Assembly (NCBI GenBank): GCA_030704615.1
Contig: CM060732.1
Location: 3,906,001-3,970,000, forward strand
Direction: 5' to 3'
DNA: 64,000 bases
Source of the DNA: Takakia lepidozioides
Lineage: Eukaryota > Plantae > Bryophyta
Shown here one piece after another: positions 1 to 12,313 of the stretch. How positions within the stretch are numbered: the first letter of the stretch is position 1; each line of letters begins with the position of its first letter. Under the pieces are notes generated by a model. The model searched no databases and was not told the origin of the DNA. It saw only the letters and a list, made by a program, of their open reading frames with translations. Both the position numbers and the translations under genes were made by a program.

Positions 1-734
1 GAGGTTTATCGAAACAATATCGAGCCTGAAGTTATCGGCACCGAATATAGCCATCGAATGCTTCATGACACATAACCCAATCTTAAAGTCGGTGCAGACT
101 ATAATGTACCCACAATAGTGCCATGTCTTACGCTATAGTCGGTGCTGACTATAGAGAGAATGTTCTACTGAAGTGAGCTGCACAGATGGGACACTATGTT
201 ATAGTCGGTGCAGACTATAATCCACAATAGTGGCATTCCAACCGAGGCCGGCGTTTGGAGGAATAATTTGCTACATGTTTTGTTATAGTCAGTGCAGACT
301 ATAAGTTGTGGACATAAGTGCTCTACGTTACGGTATCTTCGGTGCAAACTGTACAAGTTCTGCTGCAGTGAACCTCATGTGATCAAAGAAAATGTGTTAA
401 CATTAAGGATCAATGTTAAAATCTAATGTCATAGTGGGTGTAGACTATAAGGTAAAACAGTGCCATTGCAACGCTATAGTCGGTGCAGACTACAGTGGAA
501 TAAGGTCTCCTCACATGTGTTGTGCTTTATGTCACCGAAGCGACTATGAAAGCAAGGTTTCGCTCATATGAGCAGATCTACATCCGCTCACGGATTCTTT
601 TTGAAGTAGAATAAACAAAGTTCTCAATGGAACCGTAATAGTCGGTACAAACTATGACAGTTTCACTTTTGCTCACGTGAGCATAACCCGAAAAAACTGG
701 GCGTACGAAGATATTGCATGCAACAATTGAATGC

Positions 735-2893
735 TTACATTGCGGACATATGCCCCAAGTTGATAGTAACGGTATGTCCACCACGATAGCCAGCTCTCCA
801 ACGCGGGAACATCTTCATCTCAAGCGGCACCAGAAGACGACCACCAAGCTCGGATGGCCAGAAAATTGAAACCTCCGCTTCCGCCTCAGTATTTGACGCT
901 CTCCACTTCGTACAAAGCTGTACATGTGCATATTGGAGGTTTTCGGAGATGTATTTTTTGGTCCACTTCTGGAGGCTTTGACCCCAGTGGAACCCACATG
1001 TTCTCTCACGATCGGGCATGGGTTCCCCGCCTCCATACACTTCGCGAACAGCAGCCCAATTTGCATTTGCATTGTCGGCCATGAATCCCCGAAATTGCGG
1101 TTGCCCCTTCCCTGCTCGCAGCATCTGTTCATTGATGGATTCCCACACGATCTTCTGTGATTCTGCATCCTCACATTTCATTTCGCAAATTGCGATCAAC
1201 ATGAGCTTCCGAAAATTCGGATGGTACACGTGACAAGCCATTGTACTCCATCCGTGTATCCGCTTCACGTTGTCGAACATAATCCAGCTACTTCCCAGCT
1301 CCCCCCCCGGACGGATCATGTCCACCAGATGGACTCCACAGCCCTTTCCAACAATTGACATCTTGAATATGAAACATCTCTCATCCACACTCCCTTGGCC
1401 TGGGAAGCGGCTCCCATGGAAATAGTCGTACCCGCTCCACTTTTTCATTGTCAGTAAAGCTTCTACTTCACTCCCAAGCCCCATTTGTGCTTTTGTCTTC
1501 TTTGTCTCGTAACGAACACCACATTTGCCCACGGCACCGACCTCCTCCATGAGCGCCTCGAATTGCTCATCATCGAGCTTCCATCTCTCGGTTGCACCTG
1601 GCAATAACACCTTCTCCATGGCAATGGACTGAGCAGCAGACATTTGCACCGATTTTGGCCTTGCAGACGGTGACCTATGGATTTCTTCAGCAAGTGCAGA
1701 TTTGGCTTTGGCGGCAGCTTCCCGGCATGCTCCAGGTGCAGATGGATGTGAATGAATGCCAACATGCACGGCTGCTCTGGTCATCGTTGGTGGTCCTATC
1801 ACGTAGAACATTTTGGCACGGCAGGTGTGCATATATGTAGGTGGATGGTTGCAGTGAGAACATAGGAAGGTGTTCCAGGGCACCTGGCTTTGCGGTTTGA
1901 ACTGACCATCGTAATGCCCCATCCAATGAATCTCATTGTGGCTGCCCTCCCTGAGGAAGAATGGGCACGTTCCTCGGACACATCTCAGCGCACCAACACA
2001 ATGTACATACCTACAATGACATTTGAAGTCAGTGCACAAAGTGCAGAAATTGCACTATGGAAGTCGGCCACGACTACAACTGCACAATGGACAGTGAGCA
2101 GGAACAAAATACCACCTCACCTGACTGCGCCGCCTTTTGTGCCAATTATAGGAAGCTTTAAGTTCGTTGTCTTCGTGGTGGCCCATGGATTGCCATCGTA
2201 CTTGCGGTCCATGCCTTCGAGCTGACCTGCTGGGGATGTGTTTGATGTCGGTGGGAGCTCATACACGACATCACCATCATCGATCCTTGGCAAGCACTTC
2301 ACCTACTTCACTTCTACTTCTTCAAAGTTTATCTTCCCTAAGTGGGATTTGGAATCAAGATGGAGAAGCTTAAGGATATCCAATATGGATGGGCCCGAGT
2401 GTCCATAAGTGGCCTTCTTGCCAACAAACTTGGGGCGCGGCACCTTTTTAGGAGGTGAGGCAGATGCAGCCAAATTGGGTTCCACCCTTCCACTGCTGGA
2501 TTTCAGAACGACACAATCCTCTGACTCCCCGCTAGACAGCTCAATGCTTTCCGTTTTTGGTTGTCAGGCCTGAGGAATAGAAGCAACAGTTGCAGGTTCA
2601 CGTGTCGTGGAATTCCTATCCAAAGTAGCAAGGACACCGAACACTCTATATCGCACTTCACCTGTAAAAGGCAAAACCCAGGATTTGCGGTCATTATCTC
2701 AAATTGGATCCAAAATGCGGTATGTTGTGCCGGAACCAGCATTGATCTCCTCCTCTTCAACAACCAAAGAGAATGGGTCGATACCAAATCTGCCCCGAAT
2801 TACTTTGTCCTTTAGAAATACATGTTGTCCCTCTGCCATCACCTTGTTGTCGTCCGTGCCAGGTGGGCAATTCAGCAGCACGAAGGGATCCAT
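735..2893 (-). pseudogene. MULE (Mutator-like) DDE transposase with Cys/His-rich WRKY/GCM-like N-terminal region; introns, stops and frameshifts
   Basis: ORF 735-2039 has IMFDNVKR...FRGFMADNANANWAAVREVY...RTCGFHWGQ (D..D..CxxH MULE core), preceded by CVGALRCVRGTCPF..CSHC..C..HVGIHSHP. A GT-AG intron at about 2011-2120 joins AVR|YVHC. The 5' exons (2303-2485, 2699-2893) are tentative. Confidence 0.8.
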
Positions 2894-4713
2894 GATCGCC
2901 TGCTTCACTATGCCGCCACAGTGCTTTCGAACACGCGCGGGTGTGGTACAATGCAAAAATGCACATAGCATGTGGACACGGAGACCCCAGTCCTACAAGC
3001 ATCAGCAAGCATGCATGGAATCTATGCAACGGACTAACGAACTGTACTATCAACGGTCTAAAATTTATGAAAATCTATCATCCGTTTGTGTTTAATACTA
3101 TTTTCCATCCGCCTCCATCCATTCACGATTGTGGTGGCAACGATCGGCGCGGATTTCAAGTACACGAGGCACACCCTATCGGCCACTTTCCCGCCACCAT
3201 AGAAATGTTTTCCATTGCATTACCTTTGCGGAAGGAGAATAAAGTTTATGAATAGAAACAGAATGCGAGGCATTACACGTAGAATAAAGACGTCTTCATT
3301 ATCATATACCCTCACATCCTCGCGACGGGTTCTAATGAAACTGTGGTCGGCACCGACTTCTTCCAATTCGAAATAGAAATCGTCCGATGGCACCGGATTG
3401 GAATACCAATAGAAATGCACTACTTCAAGTCGTTAACGACTTCAAGGAAACCCTAGGATATTCATTGCAAATGTTGGACAACAAGGCAGTTTCTCGGGTA
3501 TGAGGTTGTCGTGCTCGGAGCCTACATCTGCCTCCTCTTTTGAAAGTCGGCAACTACTACACTCAAATAAGAAATAAACCCACACTGTTGGTGGCTTATG
3601 GGGCCGCATTGGGTGATTATCGGCACCGACTTCACTGAAGCCACGTCTCCATCTGTGCATCCGCCAACGGAAGTCGGCACCGACTATCCCGTGCAATCAT
3701 GAGAGCCATTGGATAATTGGGATGTACTCGTTGCGGAGGAATCATATTTTCTTATAATATAATTTGCCTATTGTATGACCAATTCCGTTGTTTCCTTGAC
3801 CTCATATGCTTATAATCGGCACCGACCATCACTAATGGCCGTTGGTCCATTGGAGTGAGCCCATAATATGCCAAATCCCACTGTTGGAAGGTGGTCTTAT
3901 GCTATTACTCGGCATATAGTTCCACTGTTGGGCGTAAGAACTATGGGATTTGCCTACAATATGCCCATTTACCACATTTCAATGAGAGGATGTGCACATG
4001 TAGTTGGCACCAACCTTCACTGTTAGCCCTTCAAAAGAGATCAATTTCCATATAATTTGATGAAGCCCGCACATTCCACGATCTCATATACTTTTAGTCG
4101 GCACCGACCTTTACTGTTGCCCTATGAAAAAGTGCAAAATCCATTGAATATGTTAAATTCCACATATTCCATGACCTCATTCGCCCAATTGCGAAAGTTT
4201 GCATTACCTTATGTGCTCCATTCGGTACCGTCCTTCAATTTCAACAGTTGGAGAGAGTACTACGTGTTCACCCCTTTTGAAAATCCATACGGAATCAGTC
4301 AATTACATTGACATGTAGTCGGTGACGACTACATGTGTTTCGGCATTAAAAGAGCAATGTGTGGCATGCAAATTTACAAAATGCATGGAAAGCCGATGGG
4401 ATTGTCGCTATCCCATACGCATTGTCCGTGAAGGAATGACATAACATTGGTTTTTCGGAGTAATCTGAAGCCGGGATACTGTTTAAAATGAATGGAGGAG
4501 TTGGCAGGGGATGAGAATGAGACGCCTCTTTTCCTTCCGTCAGTGACCTCATGAAGACGTACGGGGATGACAGGTGGATAGGTGGGACCCACTGCATCCA
4601 TTATTGCAGCCCGCAGTGGCGAGTGGTTCTGACCACGGGGAATTTGAAAGGGCTTTGTTGTTGTCTCTAAGGTCTCATTCTCTTCAACAACAGACTCATC
4701 CTTCCGACCTCGT

Positions 4714-5298
4714 TTGCAACGATGCCTTACTTCCGGAACCACGACAAGTGCCGGAGGCGTGGATCATGCAAACTATACTGCCACACCGGGGGATATCGTC
4801 ATTTGGCACACAGTTTGCACTGACGATAGTGGGGCCGAGCGCGAAACATTGTCTGCTTTTGAGTATTTGCCAAGGCAATATGCTTTCGAGCGGGGTGACG
4901 ATCTTGGTCTCTCCAATCCGTGGCTCTTGCACATCATTGATTCAAATTTCCCCATCTACGGCCGGCAGCCGGAGAGAATGCGCAGCGCTATGCTTTGGCG
5001 GTGGAACTGCTGCCAGTGGGCGTGGGTAGAGTCCATCGGTGCCACGTATACTCCTACAAGTGTACGGTTCTCTTCCCCATCATATGGGGACATTCGCATT
5101 GGATTGGAGGACGAAACGCACGGGCACTCCGGGTCCACAGTTAAACTTTCCATATTTGATGGTGGTTTCATTGACGGGCACGACATTGTGGTGAAGATCA
5201 ATAGGGGCCGAAGAACGGCTGCAATCCTTTTTACGTGGAGAAGCCCGTTGACTCATGAGCTTGTGTTTAGGCCAGTCGAAGTGCCGTTGACTTCGTAA
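4714..5298 (+). CDS. Hypothetical cargo ORF (194 codons; true start uncertain)
   Basis: Open frame with protein-like composition inside the palindrome-marked element; no recognised motif. Confidence 0.35.
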   Translation: MQRCLTSGTTTSAGGVDHANYTATPGDIVIWHTVCTDDSGAERETLSAFEYLPRQYAFERGDDLGLSNPWLLHIIDSNFPIYGRQPERMRSAMLWRWNCCQWAWVESIGATYTPTSVRFSSPSYGDIRIGLEDETHGHSGSTVKLSIFDGGFIDGHDIVVKINRGRRTAAILFTWRSPLTHELVFRPVEVPLTS

Positions 5299-6126
5299 GT
5301 TGTATTTAAAAGGGAAAACGCATTGGATTTGCATGCACCCTTAGTACAGTATGAGTGCTTCATTTGGAATGCATACATATGAATAAAAACCCCATTGTGT
5401 GCGAACTTGTGTGGAATGTGCATCCTTCCTTCTCAAAATGCACAACTCGCCATGGCGTTTCGGGTTGGGAGTGTCGGTGGATTATGGAAGGGGTAGGTAG
5501 GCTGTAGTGGGGGCCCATTCTACTAAGCACTGCCACCGTAGCATTTGAGAAACATTACCTTCTATGCAAAGCGCCAACAAATTAAATTCGCATAGACATA
5601 ATCGGCGCCGACTATGGAGTCCATGAGACCCAAATCGGTGGGTGTAGGGCAGACGCTCGCGGACCGGATTGTCCAATAAGTGGCCGCACTCAATTATCGG
5701 CAATAGGAAACAAAAATGTTAACGGAAATCCAAAAGTGGTTGTTTTCGAGACGATGAGAGACAAATACTACAACATTTGTACAGTAAACAGAGGAATATA
5801 TGAATATACAAATTAAGTTTCGAGGCTATGGAGTTGGTCTAGGGATGAAAAGTTATGGCAGATGATGGATGGATGACATTTGTTGGGATGCAAAATTTAA
5901 ACTTCAACACAATGAGAGGTACCTCGCGTGGAGCACCTAAACCATAATGGGAGAGGGCACGTGTCTCCCAACCACGGGCAATTTTTTAAAGGAATCCATT
6001 GAGGGCCACGGAGGATTAGTGCGCCCTTTTCGTTTACTCCACAGTATCCGCTGGCACACTCCCTTTTTTGCTCTTCCCGACCCTCCGCCTTCGTGTTCCG
6101 CTGCCGAGCTTCGTCTCCTGCTTCTG

Positions 6127-9100
6127 ATGGAGCACGTTCAGGATGAGGAGGATGACTTTGTCCTCGGAACGGCCACTCGGAGCAAGGTGCTGCGCACTCG
6201 CACCGTTGTCTCGCAACAGAGCACGGAGAGCAGACCTCCAAGGAAGGTGGGAAACTTTGGAAGAAAGCCGCCGCATCACATGAGGGAGAGATGGTGTCCA
6301 CAGCCGCCACGATGTCCGGGGATCCCGTGCCTGTATCCCCCATATGTGCAAGCAGCACCTCCGCAGGTCAAGCGCAGCGCGTTCCGCCTTCCCCCATTTC
6401 AACAACCGCGGCCTGGCCAGGTCTAGCAACAAGCGCCCAGGCAGGTGGTAACTCCAATCCCGTGCACGAGAATGTGGTGGCAGACGTTGTCTTCACTGCA
6501 AACATGCGCAAGCAAGCACTTTTGTCATTGACAACTAGTGCAATGAACCACACTATGAGCTCCATTGCGCACTTGCTGAAGAGTGGGGCCCCTCCATGAA
6601 TCCCATTGTGTAGGATGAAGCCCCTCCCGGCTGTGCGAATGGCCGAGCGACCCGGCATCAATAACAGCTGAATCTCTACTTTGAGGCAGATCGCTATAAC
6701 GACGCCCTCGCCTCATTGTTGCTTTCAATAAATGACGACAGTGGGCAAGCTCAGGACATACAACCGACAAACCGTGGAAATTGGTCACCACATTGACAAG
6801 CAGCGGATGCTCCATTTGAGGATGACATAAGGAACACATAGTGGGAGTTCCTTTCGAACAAATGGCTACACATTTACGACGGCAATCACAGGTGGTACGC
6901 GTGGATGGAGGTCATTTCGGAGCAGCATGCTGACGATGCAAGTTGGCACTACCGTGTGAACGCAAAAATTCTCGATGTGAGGAGTTCCGATCTGGGCCTC
7001 ATACAGCGTGCAATGAACAGAATGAATGTGTAAGTATGTCCGTGCATTTGTGCTCACATGAGCAAAGTTGAAATTTGTGCATGAGCATGGGTCACCGTGT
7101 ATGGAATATCTCCATATATATGCTTCCAAAGTTATAGTCGGGAACGACTACAACTGTTTCCAAAGGGACGGGAGGGCACTTGTGCATCGCGGAATTGAGA
7201 AATAACGGTGGTTTCTAAGAGAGCATTGTTGAAGACCACAAAATGTTTTTCTTCTGTTAATCGTGTGTCATTTCCACACCCCCTTAAACAAGCACATAGT
7301 TGTCAATAACAGCAGAACGCATTCCCCATGCAAGAGTACCAGGTTATAGTCGGGACCGACTAGACTGCGTACAATTTTTACCTCATAAACTATTTTTTAA
7401 GCCCATGTTCATTTGAAATGGTATAGTTGTTCCCGACTACACGAATTTGGAGGGGTGCAACACTATATAAAGTTCTCTTTGTTGATGCCCGACTATGTAG
7501 GAGTAGTTTCATGTCATAGTCGTTGCCGACTATGACAAGTTGTCGTGTGCTTTGTGCAGCGTAACAGATCGTGGGAACGTCTCGTCCAAGCTCCCTCACA
7601 AGCTCTTTTACTTCCAAAAATGCGCTACGACACCTGTCGAGCAATACGAATCATCACTTCCACCAGAAGTGTACGAGAAGTGCTTGAACTAGCGGGATGG
7701 GAATTGGATGACGATACCACGAGATGCTCTCATAGAGTACATGGGTCAAGAAGGATTCCGTAGAATCAGAAATGCCTGCTTGGAAGCCCATGCGCACTTG
7801 CCCGCAACGGCGGAAACCACTGAGCTAATTAGGAAGGCCATTGCAACTGAATTTCAAGTGCATAGGACGAAGTGGTACACCAAAATTGCAAAGTATTCGT
7901 CTATCTGTGACCCAACTTTGGGTACTGAGTTCTTCTTGGAGATAACCGCGCATTATAAGAAATTGGTCGTCAACCAGAAGCCCGAGATGACATTAGAGAG
8001 GTTACAAATGTTGGCCACCAGTGAGGTTACAGCTGCAGAGAAGGTTGCATGGTTGAAGATATGGAATTTCGACCCTGGGATCAGGAAAGATGTCAAATTT
8101 CCGAAGGCGCCAACAGATGTGGTGTTCGGCTTATGGTTGGACAAGATGACATGGTGGTTCCAGGTAAGCAGCTACACATACATCATGACGTTTTATATAT
8201 TCATTTGTGAGACCCATTCTCATTTCGAAACTCCGGATGCAGCAAAAGGAGGAAGCTCAGCGGCAGTTGGAGTGGCTCATTCAAAAGGGTTTCTTGCAGC
8301 TACCAACCCGGGAGGAAGCACCATCTGTAAGGTCTCTGTCAGATTGGGTGGACGATTTCCGCATAAAGTATTGGAGGGAATTGTTTTGGAGCGAGATGAA
8401 GGACGGCCCTGCTCGAAGCTGGCAGATTACCGAGCAGCCAGGGGGGACTCTACCGGCCCGTCGAATTGTTTACAGGTTTGAATAGTTATCACAGTTCCTT
8501 CAATTTGCATTTGTGCAAATGTTTAAGTCATGGTGGAGTGCAGAGGTTCCGAACATTAACATGTGTCTCGTACAATTTTGTAGGTACCTCAATTTCTACT
8601 TGCTCGCCAACAAGCACATAAAGTGTATGTCGGCCATGGTCACACAGTGGGCTAGTCAGCGGGGTGACTGCACAATGTACAATGGAAGGCAGTTGGGCCT
8701 ATACGTGAAAGCATCACATCTACCGTGCTTTTGGTGGCTCGACTTGCCGCCGAATTTTACTCCTGACGAGGAGGCTGAATTGTACAAGAAGTACACGAAT
8801 CATGAACTGCCGGCACCAACAAATATGGAGCCCTTGACGGAGGAAGGTGCCGAGGAGGCTGCCGATGTTGTTGCAGCCCAAATAGAAGAAGCGAACACGG
8901 CTCTACAGGCAGCAGTCGCAACGAAAAAACAGAGGAAAAGGAAGCAAAAACCCAAAAAAAACACCGCCACAGTACAAGTCACCCCCCCAGGCACAAGGCG
9001 TGGAGGCAACACGGGTATGGAGGGTGTTGATGAGACAGACGGTGCAAACAGGCATGAGAACCCAGCTTACGAACATTTTACCCAAGCCTTGCATAATTTC

Positions 9101-9690
9101 CAAGTGGAGCGGAGGAATAGGTCTGCTCGCACGTTAACATTCGGGGCAGGAGGCAATGAGGGTAGGGTGCTGCGGCTTGCATGTGTGCTGCTGTATGAAG
9201 CAGTAGCCTTGCAAGAGGGGGTTGCAAACACTGAAGTGAAATGCTTAAAGTGCGATTGGTTTCAATTAGTCATCCGCAGATTGGCCACAAAAGGTTCGTC
9301 CAATAGTTGGCCGGAGCCGAGGGGGGAAATTGACGCGTTTCTTGAAAGGCACGTACCAATTGACCCTTCACACCGTTTGCCAAGGGGGATGAAAGCAGGG
9401 GCGGATTTGGTTATAATTGACCTCCCCGATGGGCAAGTTGTCAAAGGTACTGGCCGAGACAATGTTGTTGCAAGTTAGAACAACAAGAGCAAGGATACAG
9501 TTCCTCATGCATTGGCACTGGGATCCTCCATATTGAAAGACAAAGGGTGCCTTGTGATGTTCTGCAAAGGGGATGCAAAGACAGAAATTGAAGTCCGGAG
9601 ATGCGTTGGGCCGGTCGGGCCATTCAATTTTTTTTAAAAAAAATGGACTTGCCTCAATCGAATTCCATTGCAAAGTGGAGATGTTGGCGA
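6127..9690 (+). pseudogene. ParB/Srx-like domain protein, copy 1 (multi-exon), with a possible C-terminal methyltransferase-like segment
   Basis: Manual translation: IPLCRMKPLPAVR...WLHIYDGNHRWYAWMEVI (IYDGNHR at 6872-6892)...RAMNRMN, then an intron at about 7030-7559, then ORFs 7708-8163, 8230-8475 and 8584-9478. Several in-frame stops. Clearly homologous to 23127-25796. Confidence 0.75.
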
Positions 9691-10208
9691 ACCACAGGTG
9701 GGTTTACCATGTTCAATTGAAACGCATGCCATGAAGTTTGTACTTAAAATGTTTGCAAAGGATTAAAATGATAAGTGTAAGCCCACGGTATGTCTTTCAT
9801 AGAACACCACCTTCCAACAGTCGCCGAGTAATAGTCAGTAACGACTATTACAGTGTGAGTATGGAATATGTATCAGATTAAGATCTATCAAGTATCAGGT
9901 CGAAGCCATGGTGTCTCTAGTCTGCTCTACAGAACAACTCTATAGCTTGCATGAATCAAGCATCAACAGTTCGTGTCTCCTCCTCCACTGTGCTCTCCAT
10001 TCCTCAGCTCCAGATCGTCCTTCTCTCCCCGATGACCAAGTCGTGATGCAAGAAGTGTCATCTCCCCATTGCTACTCTGCATTTTCTACTTGCAAGCTGT
10101 TCTAACTGCCTAACTAACTAACTGTCATCCAGACATAATACACGTTCCCTCTGCCAATATTGTTCCCATACTGTTGTTCCCTGCCATGGTAACCGTTCCC
10201 TGCGAATG

Positions 10209-10460
10209 CTGTGACGGGTTGTGCCAAACTGTGTCGGCTGTGACTGGATGTGTCGGGCTATGTAAAGCCGTGTAAAGCTATGTCGGGCTGTGATAGACTG
10301 TGATAGGCTGTGTAAAGCTGTGATAGGCTGTGTAAGGCTGTGACAAGCTGTGTCAGGCTGTGTCAGCTGTGATAGACTGTGATAGGTTGTATAAGGTTGT
10401 GACAAGCTGTGTCAGGCTGTGTAAGGCTGTGTAAAGCTATGACTGACTGTGTAAACCTGT
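10209..10460. repeat. 10-bp-unit minisatellite, (GGCTGTGTAA/GGCTGTGATA)-like
   Basis: About 25 tandem degenerate ctgtg-containing decamers. Confidence 0.9.
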
Positions 10461-10581
10461 CTACCACCCCTAAGGCCTGTGTCGGTCTAAGTCTATCATC
10501 CGCGCAAAAATTAAGGGTACCCCACAGAACCCATAAAACTGTCTAGGTCCCAGACAGCCTTCTAACAGTTAGAAAGGAACC

Positions 10582-10913
10582 AGATGACAAGTTGCATCCC
10601 AGAATTAAGGAAATCCATGCTGAGCTGAGAAGATTGTCTGGGCAGATGAAGGAGGCGGGGTATTTGCTCGACACACGCTTTTTATTGCATGATGTGGAGG
10701 AAATGACTTTTCTCCTTGCCACCACAGTGAGAAGCTGGCCATTGGTTTTGGGCTGATCAGCACGACTCATCAAGAATCTTCGAGTGTGTGGAGATTGCCA
10801 CACCTCCACCAAATTCATCTCAAAGATTGTTGGCCGAGCAATTGTTGTATGGGACGCTAACTACTTTCCACCACTTTGAAGATGGGATTTGTTCTTGTGG
10901 TGATTACTGGTGA
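10582..10913 (+). pseudogene. PPR DYW deaminase-domain fragment, duplicate of 16770-17126
   Basis: DDKLHPRIKEIHAEL...[12 protein letters not shown]...[19 protein letters not shown]...[14 protein letters not shown] with deletions and frameshifts. Its 3' flank to 11547 also matches 17127-17832. Confidence 0.9.
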
Positions 10914-11399
10914 AAGGATGTTTTCTTGGAAAGATGCAAGTGTCTTGCTTCATTCATTGATCTATGTAGCTACTCAGACCATCCACCATTTCCTGGTAGT
11001 GGGGTCTACCCGGCATAGGTAGGAAGTTAGCCCACAATTGCACTTGACTGAAGGGGTGATTTTTGACTAATTCTGGTGACAGTGGATGGAAATCAGAGTG
11101 TTGTCCTAATTCTGGGTTTGGGTGGTGGAGCTTCTCCAAAGCTTGAAGATGGAAGTGAATACGAATTTTAATGAGCTTGATGAGAGGGGCAGCCCTGTGC
11201 ACAAGTTTGTTCAGCATCTTAAATGTGTGGCTTTGGATGGAGCCCTTGATGAACTTACATGAATATTGTCAAAAGCTAGCCTTAACCCACCAAGATCCAA
11301 TCCCATGGTGGCTGCTTGAAAGTTCATATAGTGAATGTAAGGGTATTTGGGTATGTTGTTATTGATTGATGCAGCTTGTGAAAATTGAACATTGAAATG

Positions 11400-11547
11400 C
11401 AGATCCGCCATTTTTATTCCAGAATAAACAAAACACGGGATCTCTGCATGTAACACTGTGGGGATGACCAACCCCTTTTTTTTATGAAAAAATGAACGCA
11501 GTTCTCAGAATTCGTCGCTCGTAGTGCGGAGCAACGCGAAGCCCTAG
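11400..11547 (+). mobile_element. Helitron/Helentron-like 3' terminus, copy 1
   Basis: ...GAATTCGTCGCTCGTAGTGCGGAGCAACGCGAAGCCCTAG|T. The same roughly 140-bp end also finishes at 17832, 34159 and (minus) 51316. Confidence 0.75.
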
Positions 11548-11928
11548 TTCTAGCGACGACCGAAGGTCGGAAGCTAGTTTAACGTAGAGCAGGAATAGGG
11601 TGCCATAGTGCCACATCATCGTCACCACGTTTCGTCGCCATGTCATCATAGCCACGTCATCGTCGCCACATCATCATAGACACGTCATCGTAGCCACGTC
11701 ATCGTCGTCGTCAATTTCTTTGGAACCTGCTCGGACGACCCGCGCGAAATAGGCCAATAGAAATCCCCGCGCAACGTTTTTGGAACTGCCCGCAATGCAT
11801 CTTGATCTTCTTGTTTCCGCCATCATTCACCTTTCCGCCATATCCATGGAGCATTGCAACCTTGTGTAGAATAAGGCGAACATCAAAGGCTGGTGGTTGT
11901 CTAACTTTCTGTATTTATTACTCTTCAG

Positions 11929-12313
11929 GCAACACCAAGGTTGAGCGAGGACAAAGTAAAGCAATGCGTTGATCCCAAGCTGAATGGTGACTATCCTCCG
12001 AAGGCAGTTGCCAAGGTAGGTTTTTGTGTCAACCTTTTGAGTTGCATTCTCATTGCAAAAGATTGCATAGTAGATGTTCTCTTCAGCAATTGTCTGGCTT
12101 ATGGCAGCCCCTAGCTCCGTATTGAGGTTCTCTCAACAACTGGATAGAGGTTACCGATGCAAGTTTGGGTTGGAATGGCAGATGGCAGCAGTTGCAGCAC
12201 TCTGTGTGCAGTACGAAGGGGACTTTCGCCCCAACATGAGTATCGTGGTGAAAGCCCTGCAACCGCTTCTAACCTCAAGGCCTGCACCACAAGCAGGACC
12301 ATCTGCAGAGTAA
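11929..12313 (+). pseudogene. PTI1: PTI1-like receptor-like cytoplasmic kinase, last two exons only (11929-12015, 12182-12313)
   Basis: [29 protein letters not shown] | [30 protein letters not shown] with a GT-AG intron; upstream exons are absent. Confidence 0.9.

Larger units (their letters stand above)
32..9847. repeat. Dispersed 16-bp palindrome family A, consensus TAGTCG-N4-CGACTA (often ..GTCGGCACCGAC.. or TAGTCGGTGCAGACTA), more than 20 copies
   Basis: Copies start at 32, 86, 136, 202, 286, 432, 477, 639, 2061, 3344, 3427, 3544, 3617, 3671, 3813, 4001, 4095, 4316, 5599, 7135, 7347, 7424, 7517 and 9832. All lie in introns or apparently non-coding DNA. Confidence 0.9.
1..9850. mobile_element. 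Large multi-gene Mutator-like (MULE) element, left end outside the window: transposase (-), cargo ORF (+) and ParB-like gene (+), tied together by one dispersed palindrome
   Basis: The same 16-bp palindrome family occurs from 32 to 9847 across all three genes and stops at about 9850. No TIR or TSD is visible, so the extent is inferred. Confidence 0.6.

Noticed and set aside
80-660. CRISPR array (short palindromic repeats with unique spacers)
   Set aside because: Repeats are only 16-22 bp and degenerate, spacing is irregular (about 45-160 bp), there are no cas genes, and the context is eukaryotic. Treated as dispersed binding-site-like palindromes.
9850-10125. Solo LTR truncating the MULE-like element
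   Set aside because: Composition is LTR-like and it shares CTAACTGCCTA with about 26754, but no termini, TSD or second copy support it.
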